Assembly: GCA_002269645.1 (NCBI GenBank)
Contig: NIVC01000436.1
Coordinates: 186,001-250,000 of the forward strand
Direction of reading: 5' to 3'
Length of the DNA: 64,000 nucleotides
Source: Macrostomum lignano
Taxonomy: Eukaryota
A model generated the notes under the pieces. It was not told the origin of the DNA. It was given only the letters and a program-made list of their open reading frames with translations, and did no database searches. The position numbers and the translations under genes are program-made. Within the stretch, counting starts at the first letter, position 1. The number at the start of each line of letters is the position of its first letter. Shown piece by piece: positions 50,656 through 64,000 of this stretch.

Positions 50656-52033
50656 CACTCTTGTCCTTTATTTGTCCTTTAATAAAAGCTTTTAATAAAA
50701 AAACTTTTCACTACCAAGATTCGAACCCAGGTCGCTGCATTTGCAGTCTAGTCTGTTCACATCTAGGCTAGCTCTTATCGTATTTATAAATGAAATTGTA
50801 GCACCTATATTATTCAACACTCACTCACGAAGCAGTTATGACATAATCAATTTCCCAGGCAAGTCAGTATCAGTCTCAATTAAAGTTGACAATATGGTTA
50901 CCCAATCTAAATCACGTCTGGTGCTACGCTTCCACACTGCATTTTCAATACTGTGACGCAATTCAAGTCGGAGTTACAATTCATTTATGATGCAATCTAT
51001 TTCAGAATCAGAATTCAACCAGTCAGTTTTTTCTCTAGCATTCTTACAATGCATTTCAAGTCGAAAAGTTTGCTTGACCTTTGCAAAAAAGCATGTTTTT
51101 CGAATATTTAATCGCTTTAACATGGAGCAATTTCTTAGCCAAGATGCATGTACCGTAACGGGAAAATTTCTGATCGAACAGTGCAAGTCTCATGAAAATC
51201 GGTTAAGCCATTTTTTCTCTAATCGATTACAAGCAAGCAAGCAAGATTTTCATTTTTAGTATATTGGATTTTCATTTTTAGTATATTGGATTGGATGGAT
51301 TTCCTAATTAATAATTATTTCAAAATTTCTAAAAAGACTGTTTATAACTATAAAGGCTTGTAATAAACTTTTGTTTTAATTTTACATCCTTAAAAATATC
51401 TAATTATTGTATAAAATGTATATAGCTTTTGTTTAAGCCTAATAGTTTGTTCTTTGAGTTTAATGACTAAATTTAAATATAAAAATATAGTAACCTTTGT
51501 TATACCATATTGAGCTTTTTATTTTATTCGAGCAGCTAACTAAGCTAAATTTTAATAGAAAATTTTTCAAATTCTATCTATTTATTTTTTTGTAGAAAAA
51601 CCCAATGTTCTTAAGTTGCTCAGATGCCAATGAGGGAGTTGCTGAGATGCCAATGGTGGAGTTGCTCAGATGCCAAGAAAAGTTTCTAACCCTCCCCCCC
51701 CCCAATCTTCACTGGCTATGCAATTTACTTTTGACCAAAATGCGACTTACTTATGAAACCAAGCAAAGTTAATGTAATTATGGGTAAACGGCAGAAGTAA
51801 ATATGACTGTAATATCGAAACTAAATGCCTCGTCATGTAATTAGTATTAAATATAAGTACTACTATTTGGGTAGGCATTTACCATTGCTGGACTCCTCCT
51901 TGGCATAGTGTGGTGCAAGTATGGTTTCTAAGATGTCAAGATTGTATTGCTTCAATCTTTATTGCTTTAATTAATCAATTCTATTAAGAAACAAAAACCT
52001 CATTATTTAATTGTTTCAGCCGGCCACCGTGTA

Positions 52034-55055
<3,022 letters not shown>

Positions 55056-55319
55056 GGCGTTGGTTAATCCGCGGATCTACACAAAAAAACTTGTTGGTGT
55101 ACACACGCGCGCAAAGTCTCTTAAGTTTCGCTTTAAAAACGAAAGGTTATTTTTCTGCTTTGGTGCTAACATGTTGTAAGTTAGTGTTTGAGTGTTAGTT
55201 ATAATACTCTTGTTCTGTCTGTCAAGCTGCGATCTCGCTCATTTTTGTCTTTCATTCTTCCTTTCCCTTCATCTATATAACTGTTTCACAGACTAAAAGC
55301 TTCAATGAAAGACAAGTGG

Positions 55320-55765
55320 CTTGTGTATGGCTGCGCGCTTCTGTCAGCTTGCGCGTATGGCTGCGCGCTTCTGTCAGCTTGCGCGTATGACTGCGCACTT
55401 CTGTCAGTTTGCGCGTATGGCTGCGCGCTACTGTCAGTTTGCGCGTATGGCTGCGCGCTACTGTCAGTTTGCGCGTATGGCTGCGCGCTACTGTCAGTTT
55501 GCGCGTATGACTGCGCGCTACTGTCAGTTTGCGCGTATGACTGCGCACTTCTGTCAGTTTGCGCGTATGGCTGCGCGCTACTGTCAGTTTGCGCGTATGG
55601 CTGCGCGCTACTGTCAGTTTGCGCGTATGGCTGCGCGCTACTGTCAGTTTGCGCGTATGACTGCGCGCTTCTGTCAGTTTGCGCGTATGACTGCGCGCTA
55701 CTGTCAGTTTGCGCGTATGGCTGCGCGCTTCTGTCAGCTTGCGCTTACGATTGCGCGCTTCTTAC
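55320..55765. repeat. 30-bp CpG-rich minisatellite (TGCGCGTATGGCTGCGCGCTACTGTCAGTT), ~14 copies
   Basis: Direct periodicity. Confidence 0.95.
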
Positions 55766-56675
55766 TGGCGCTATTAAGTAGCTGCGCGCTTATTGGGCAA
55801 GAAGGCCATGTTCCACCATATCTCTTCTGTCTTCTTTTCACTTCCATTGTGTCTCTTCTAGAGAACTTCTCAAATGGTTAATTATTCGTTGCTTATATTT
55901 AATACTTCTAGCTCCTGTGCGGGGTTATTGTCACAAAAAATTTATTTTGTAATTGGTAAACATTTAATAATAGTTTTATTTGCATTTTAGTTGTTTTAAT
56001 ACCAAAATAATAAGCTCTAATTATTAATGTTTAATTATTTTATATTACAATAAATCTGTCATTTTTTTGCCGCCTTAAAACCTTAGTTGCTAATTGAACA
56101 TAGTTGTGCTGTAGCCGTCTAGATTATTTGCGTTCTGTCTATTCTAGTATGCGCCCTTGTAAAGCAAAAATTAATATAATAATATCTGTAAATTTCATTT
56201 ATAGTCATCCTTCATTGTGAAATGCAATTATTGAAACTTGGCCTATGTGGTCCGTCTGCAATCGGTCTGATCCCTGCTTGTCTCTATTATCGCTTCATAG
56301 CATGGGCCTTATCCCGTCTTTCCCGCTTTGCATGCGTTCGACTTTTTTTTTCTACAAAAAATAATGTAAAACAAACTAATTAACTGAAAACATTGTCTGA
56401 ATATGAGTTTTTATAATGGGTCTGCTTATTAATGCTTTGGCTATCTTTATTATTTTTGGTTTGCCTGTCAGTCCATAGATTATTATTTATTATTGCTATT
56501 AATTATTTAACAGTGGCAGTATATTAGCAATAAATCATATATAGAATCTGTGCTTTATTATTTATTTGTCGAAGATTTGTCTCTGATAATTGAGCTTGAT
56601 ATCAAATTGCAAATATCAGAACGGTTTTTAATTTGTTTTATTTTTCTCTTTTGTTGCTTCTAGGACTGTTTCCTG

Positions 56676-56676
56676 C

Positions 56677-56717
<41 letters not shown>

Positions 56718-57852
56718 GCCTGTCTGTCTGCCTGTCTGTCTGTCTATCTGTCTGTCTTTGTGTCTGCCTGTATGTGTCTGCCTGCCTGTATATGTATCTG
56801 CCTGTCTGTATATGTGTCTGCCTGTCTGTATATGTCTGCCTGTCTGTATATGTCTGCCTGTCTGTATATGTGTCTGCCTGTCTGTATATGTGTCTGCCTG
56901 CCTGTATATGTGTCTGCCTGTCTGTATATGTCTGCCTGCCTGTATATGTATCTGCCTGTCTGTATATGTGTCTGCCTGTCTGTATATGTCTGCCTGTCTG
57001 TATATGTGTCTGCCTGTCTGTATATGTGTCTGCCTGCCTGTATATGTATCTGCCTGTCTGTATATGTGTCTGCCTGCCTGTATATGTATCTGCCTGTCTG
57101 TATATGTGTCTGCCTGTCTGTATATGTGTCTGCCTGTCTGTATATGTGTCTGCCTGTCTGTATATGTGTCTGCCTGTCTGTATATGTGTCTGCCTGTCTG
57201 TATATGTGTCTGCCTGCCTGTATATGTATCTGCCTGTCTGTATATGTGTCTGCCTGTCTGTATATGTGTCTGCCTGTCTGTATATGTGTCTGCCTGTCTG
57301 TATATGTCTGCCTGCCTGTATATGTATCTGCCTGTCTGTATATGTATCTGCCTGTCTGTATATGTATCTGCCTGTCTGTATATGTGTCTGCCTGTCTGTA
57401 TATGTGTCTGCCTGTCTGTATATGTATCTGCCTGTCTGTATATGTATCTGCCTGTCTGTATATGTATCTGCCTGTCTGTATATGTATCTGCCTGTCTGTA
57501 TATGTCTGCCTGCCTGTATATGTGTCTGCCTGTCTGTATGTGTCTGCCTGTCTGTATATGTATCTGCCTGTCTGTATATGTATCTGCCTGTCTGTATATG
57601 TATCTGCCTGTCTGTATGTGTATCTGCCTGTCTGTATATGTATCTGCCTGTCTGTATATGTCTGCCTGCCTGTATATGTCTGCCTGCCTGTATATGTCTC
57701 TGCCTGCCTTTATATGCCTGCCTGCCTGTATATGTCTCTGCCTGCCTGTATATGTATCTGCCTGTCTGTATATGTCTCTGCCTGTTTGTATATGTATCTG
57801 CCTGCCTGTATATGTCTCTGCCTGCCTGTATATGTCTGCCTGTCTGTCTGTC
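56676..57852. repeat. (TGTC)n grading into an 18-20-bp minisatellite (TCTGCCTGTCTGTATATGTG)
   Basis: Direct periodicity. Confidence 0.96.
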
Positions 57853-58344
57853 CGCCATAGTTCAGTCGGAGTGCCGGCTCAGTGGCTGTGCGTGACTCGG
57901 TTTGAACTGTCTCAATTTTTATTAAGGCTTCCAACGCCATTTAAGGTTACGGGTCGGTGCCTATCTATCCTCAAACCCTCTGGCTGTTGCTCCACTGCTT
58001 AGCCAATTAATCTATTTGCCAATTGTTAGCAACCCGATACAGGGTCTGCTACCCTGTGTGTCCGCTTTTTTGGCTTGTAGCGAAATTGGTAATTTGAGCG
58101 ATAGCGCTACTCGCATGCTCTGTGTGCAGCTGGAGGCAGGCGCTGTTCGAGTGGAGCTCTAGCTAGATGAAGAAGATAAAAAATAATGAGATGCAACGGT
58201 TCAAAGTAGTCAGGGAAAACCTAGCTTTTACGATATCATAATTACATGTAGTTCAATATGTCACAATACTGCAAGACCGCTGTAGAATGAAGGGATGCGA
58301 AATTCTAGATAGATTGATACACGTGACAGCAATAAATGTACATA

Positions 58345-58842
58345 GATAGCAAGATAGATGCTGTACATAGATGTGTAGATAATTTACTGTGCAGATGATA
58401 GTGTACATAGATGTGCAGATGATAGTGTACATAGATGTGCAGATGCATAGTGTACATAGATGCGCATATGCATAGTGTACATAGATGTGCAGATGCATAG
58501 TGTACATAGATGTGCAGATGCATAGTGTACATAGATGTGCAGATGCATAGTGTACATAGATGTGCAGATGATAGTGTACATAGATGCGCATATGCATAGT
58601 GTACATAGATGTGCAGATGCATAGTGTACATAGATGTGCAGATGCATAGTGTACATAGATGTGCAGATGCATAGTGTACATAGATGTGCAGATGCATAGT
58701 GTACATAGATGTGCAGATGCATAGTGTACATAGATGTGCAGATGCATAGTGTACATAGATGTGCAGATGCATAGTGTACATAGATGTGCAGATGCATAGT
58801 GTACATAGATGTGCAGATGCATAGTGTACATAGATGTGCAGA
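58345..58842. repeat. 25-bp minisatellite (GTGTACATAGATGTGCAGATGCATA)
   Basis: Direct periodicity. Confidence 0.95.
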
Positions 58843-59094
58843 TAATGAGGATAAATGATGAGTACATCGCATAAGACAAAATTACAATAGCTAAGTAGCC
58901 TTGTGTGGGACACGGTGGGCCAACAAAGTTCATATAGAAAAAACATAAAAAATAAAGTTTCTGCAATGTACTTTCTACTCAAAGCGCAATTAAACAATTG
59001 GCTGTCAAAAATGATTTCACAAAACAAGGACCAATGTAAAATTAGGAACTTGCAAAAACGCATCAGAGGAAAGGTACATGTATATATCACTTCT

Positions 59095-59535
59095 ATATCA
59101 TGATATCAATCAGTCTATCAGTCATATCAATCTCTATCAGTCTCTATCAATCTCCATCAGTCTCTTTCAATCTCTACCAGTCTCTATCCGTCTCTAACAC
59201 TCTCTATCAGTCTCTAACACTCTCTATCAGTCTCTATCAGTCTCTAACACTCTCTATCAGTCTCTACCAGTCTCTATCAGTCTATATCACTCTATCAGCC
59301 TCTATCACTCTCTAACACTCTCTATCAATCTCTCTATCAATCTCTATAGCAATCTCTATCAGTCTCTAACACTCTCTATCACTCTCTATCAGGCTCTATC
59401 AGTCTCTATCACTCTCTATCAGTCTCTGTCAGTCTCTATCACTCTCTATCAGCCTCTATCACTCTCTATCACTCTCTATCAGTCTCTATCAGTCTCTATC
59501 ACTCTCTATCAGTCTCTATCAGTCTCTCTATCAAT
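59095..59535. repeat. Degenerate 10-bp repeat (CTCTATCAGT)
   Basis: Direct periodicity. Confidence 0.88.
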
Positions 59536-60842
59536 CTTGATCTTTCTGGCAAAATCACTTATCTCTCTCTCTCTCTTTACATCTGTTCCCATATCTCCTT
59601 GTCATCTAATCAAACTCTTTCCCCATTTATCTAAAAATTCGCGCGCATCCGAGCAGACCAAGTGTTCATCAATAATTCCGTGCAGGGCTGTCACCAATCA
59701 ATCATCCAGCACATGTGTGCTAACTGTGTTGCACAAATAAACATGCAGTTCACATCCGTCTCAAACGAAAATCTCATAAACCCTAAACCTATTACACTGC
59801 ATGCGTCCAGCTCAGGCCAACAGAAGTTGCTGAAGTCTGAGGACTCGAAATTTACAGATTGCTGAAATTTGACAATTTATAGAAGTTTGAAATCCATATA
59901 CTAAAAATGAATGAAATATGAATTAGAGGAAATATTCAACTTTATTCTAATTTAAGTGGTAACCAGGCATCCGAAGCTAATCTCTTTCCATGCCATCTCT
60001 CACTTTGGTGTAAATAAAAGCAAACTGTACAGCTATATTAGACCGCAAATAGCCACGATAGCCACCCTTTCTATCCTCGCACCAGTGTATAAGCTGTTTC
60101 ATTGTGACTGGATATTCTCCGGTTGCCACGGTGACAGACTCTGCGCAATTGGAGTCTGCAGGGGGTTGGGGGTATGTGGGATAGGACACTGAGCTGCTTG
60201 GCGTATGAGAGCAGCAGCCACTTTATCTCTCTCCTATCGCGGTTCCTCTCCTCAGTCTCCCCCCTCCTCATCTATTTCTATCTGTAATTTCCCGCTCTGC
60301 CCCCCCATCCGTAATTCCTAGAAACCGCGGCTTGCATCGAGGGAACTGGGAGGGGTAAATCGGGGACAGAGAGAGAGAGAGAGAGGCACAGAGACTGCAA
60401 GGCATCCCATTGGCCTGGGGGAGAAGGGGCGGGTGTGAGAGACGCGAATTCACCGTCTTGACCCGCTCAGCAGCAGACCAGCCACGCCAAACAGCAGCAA
60501 CTCTCTCCCCCTCACCCCAGCTCCCCTCCCCGGCAACCGTTAAAGTCCCAGCTGGCAGCTCTGCTTATAATTTTCTCTTCCCTCCCCTCCCACTGTGCCC
60601 TCCCCATCCCCCATTCCAAAAACGGTCATCCCAGATTAGGATTCTCCGGGGCTTAACAGCGGCTGGAGTCTCTGAGATCCGTCACTCAAAGTGTCCACTC
60701 GTCTCTCTCTCTCTCGCTCTATCTGGCAGCTGCCTCGGCTCCAGCGACCACCCGGCTGGGGCCCAATCTCGCCAAGCCCCGCTCCTCCAGCAGTTTGTCC
60801 TGCCAGCGGTACCGCACCGCCCCGTCCCGCCAGCCGCCGCCG

Positions 60843-62841
60843 ATGGGTCAGAAGCAGCCACGTTCGGCGGCCGCGGTAGCGGCGGCGGCGGCTGCCAACA
60901 GCGGCGGCTTTGAAGGTAACTCGGCCAGGGAGAAACGAAGCGCGTTCCGTTCGGGAAAGCTGCACTTCTCCATGGGCGACGAGCCGGCCACATCCCGGGT
61001 CTACTCTGGCATCGAGGTTGGCGACGGAGGCGGAGGCGGCGGCGGTGGCGGCGGCGGCGGCGGCGGCAGTCGGCCAATTGGCACAGCAGCTCCCATGCGA
61101 GTCCAGAGACCGGGCCTCGAGCGCACCTACTCGCTGGATCATCCCAGCTGCGAGCCGGGCAGAGGCGGCGGCAACCTCGGGAGCAGTGCTGGCGAAGACG
61201 ACTACTACTATTACCAGCACTATCGGCATCATCAGCAGCAGCTGCAGCCGCCGCCACCGTCGCCGCTTAGTCAGTCGCCGACGCACGGGCCGCTGCCGAC
61301 ACAGCCGGCGCCGTGCTCGCAACCTCTGCCAGCCTATCCAATTCCAGATCAGCAGCAGCCAGTTCAACCAGCTCATCCAACTAACCAGCATCCTTATCAG
61401 CCCCGGCACCAGTCTCCGCGGCGTCGGCTGCCCTATAAAATGTCTCCGACGCCTAGCGAGCAGGAGTTCGCCGACATGCACGAGCCGCCATCGCTTGGCA
61501 TCCAGCAGCAGCAGCAGCCACCCGGCCTCCACCTGCTGTCTCCGCGGACTGGCGCCGCCTCCTTGCGCGAGTCCTCGCATCTCACCCTGACGCCGCAGTC
61601 AACTCCGCCTGGTCCGCCGCTGCGCCGCGCCGTGCTGGTGAAGGCCAACACCATCGACCAGCCGGCGAACCGGCAGGCGCAGGCGGACTTTCCACACGAC
61701 AGCCGACGGAAGTTTTCCGACACTCACGTGCTGCGCAGGACGCCGCAGCTGCTGCCGCCGTCGCCTCAGCACGCGTCGCCTCAGCCGTACCAACACTACC
61801 AGCAGCAACTCCAGCATCAGAAGCAGTCGCAGTATCAGCTGTCCCAGCAGCAGGATCCGTTGAATCCGGCTGTTTTGGCCCGTCAGAGCCTCGTTGCGGC
61901 ACTGCTGACAGCCAGCGAACAGACGCCGCCAAAGCCGCGTCGGTCTAGCGGCGGCGGCGGCGGCGGTGGCGGCGGTGGATCGCCCTCGCCCAAACTGTCG
62001 CCGTACAACCTCAGCCCTCGCAGTCTCTCTCCGGCCCACCACCGCGGTCACAGTGGCGGCGGCGGCGGCGGCGCTCCTTTGTCGCCTTTCGGCGGAAATT
62101 CCTCTGTCGGTGGTGGAGGTGGCGGCGGGTTCTGTCTGCCTCGGACCAGCTTGGAGATGCTGGGCTCGCTGCCGCGGATCACCATTAGTCCACACGTGCC
62201 GGAAGCTGAGGAAGACAACAAAGGTGATGAAGCTACCACTGACCAGCAGCCGCCACTTCAGCCCTACAGACTCGATGGCGTCCGCAGCGAGCTGGCGAGT
62301 CCCGTCGGGCTGCTGTCGGATCCGAGTCACTCCAAGTCCGACACGTCGCTCGTGTCGATGCGCTTCTCCGTCGGAGAAATGGCGGCCGGCGGGACAGCCG
62401 ACGACAACGCGGCGAAATTCACCGGCGCTCCAAACGCGACAAGCAGCTCCTCCATGACCCGCTCCTGGTCCTCCATGGAGGATCTGAGCGGCCATGCATC
62501 ATCGGCTGTCCGCAGTCAGCCGCACCGACGACCCGTCGATGCCGGGCCAATGGCTGGAGAAGCTTCCAGCTCGGCAGCAACGCTGCTGACAATTCCTCAG
62601 GACGTTGCCTCGGCCGCCGCCGCCGCCGCCGCCAGCGCTGCAGCCGAGGGGTCACCCGACAACGCCGACAACCTGTACCCGACCTCGCGATCGCGCAGCA
62701 TCCTCCGAGCTCAGACTGTTGACGACGCCGATTCCGAGTTTGTCAGTCGACGACCGCAGCGCGCTTCCCTAGTCGATTTTGTCACCTGGCCGCACTTCAT
62801 CCCGGATACGGTCAACCCGCAGGTCGGGGGCACTTTTCAAG
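60843..62841 (+). CDS. Large (probably first) coding exon of an unidentified protein: ~666 aa, G/Q/P/S-rich and likely disordered; continues beyond the window
   Basis: GC-rich non-periodic open frame from ATG 60843 (MGQKQPRS...) to donor CAAG|GTAGGG at 62841/2, after which composition switches to AT-rich. No domain recognised. Confidence 0.72.
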
Positions 62842-63413
62842 GTAGGGGGACTCTAAATGATATTAGAACCGACCTTGATTCGAAATTTAATTTCAATCGA
62901 CTCAATTTTACTCGCAGTGTGTGTGCTATTACACATTTTTTCTTTCCTAATTTCGTCTACTCCCCTCTCCCCCCCTCCCCCCCCCCTATAATGCTTCTCG
63001 AGCAGCTCAGCCTGCTTCAACTCTTGAGTGCCAGAGCACTATAGTGGGAATGATTGCAAGCCTTGGATGAGAGTGTGTGGGCGAGAAGAGGATGAAGGCG
63101 TGGAATTGGGAGTTGCAATTCGGGCATTTCTATGGGTTGTGGAATGGGGCAGAGCAACTGCTCAGTGCGAGCACAGTAAGTCTTTGCGCTGGCAATCTCT
63201 CGCTTCTTTCTCTGCCTCTCTCTCTGGGATCGGCAATCTCTGTGCAACTCGTTACAGCATGTTTGCACAAAAGTTGTTCAGCCTAGTGCCAGTGCCATCG
63301 CCTGGGTCTGATCGATCTTCTTGCTGCCTCTCGGGCGCGTTGGAGCTGAAGCAATTTCCCTTGGTAGCAACTGTTTGAGAGCACCAGGGACTGCGGTGTC
63401 TGCCTGTCTGTAT

Positions 63414-63961
<548 letters not shown>

Positions 63962-64000
63962 CCACCGCAAGAGAAGTAACGCTATGAAGCAGTCCAAATT

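Larger units (their letters stand above)
40570..51290 (-). mobile_element. Helitron B (~10.7 kb), non-autonomous and satellite-filled, related to Helitron A
   Basis: The minus strand starts A|TCCAATATACTAAAAATG (terminal 22 bp duplicated, 51247-51290). Its 5' ~600 bp (50688-51270) is clearly homologous to 39946-40568. The 3' end is a GC hairpin plus TAGATTGCTAG at 40570, matching the A end at 29402. No RepHel ORF. Confidence 0.78.

Noticed and set aside
60636-62655. Overlapping minus-strand and alternate-frame ORFs over the large GC-rich exon (also over RepHel and lectin exons)
   Set aside because: Shadow ORFs expected from high GC and codon bias opposite a real coding frame.

Overview
This is eukaryotic (metazoan-type) genomic DNA with spliceosomal GT-AG introns, GC-rich exons and a very high content of mini/microsatellites. 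The pattern is reminiscent of the flatworm Macrostomum, but that is inference only. Host genes are all on the + strand: (1) the last two exons of nicotinate phosphoribosyltransferase (NAPRT); (2) a 5-exon ~450 aa gene with a probable TRADD-N/DEDD-C-terminal-like domain; (3) a 6-exon 888 aa secreted protein with five atypical C-type lectin domains; (4) a 3-exon ZNRF1/2 RING E3 ligase; (5) a ~2 kb low-complexity coding exon of an unidentified gene. The central ~30 kb is transposon DNA. It includes a nested Gypsy < Harbinger < hAT cluster, a hAT MITE, and two related Helitrons joined head-to-tail on the minus strand. One Helitron (29402-40568) encodes a 9-exon OTU-Rep-PIF1 helicase gene with three point lesions. 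The other (40570-51290) is non-autonomous and is filled by a 7.6 kb 23-bp satellite. Many of the long ORFs in the supplied track are artefacts of stop-free tandem repeats. All gene models were built by hand from splice motifs and reading phase, and no database searches were run.
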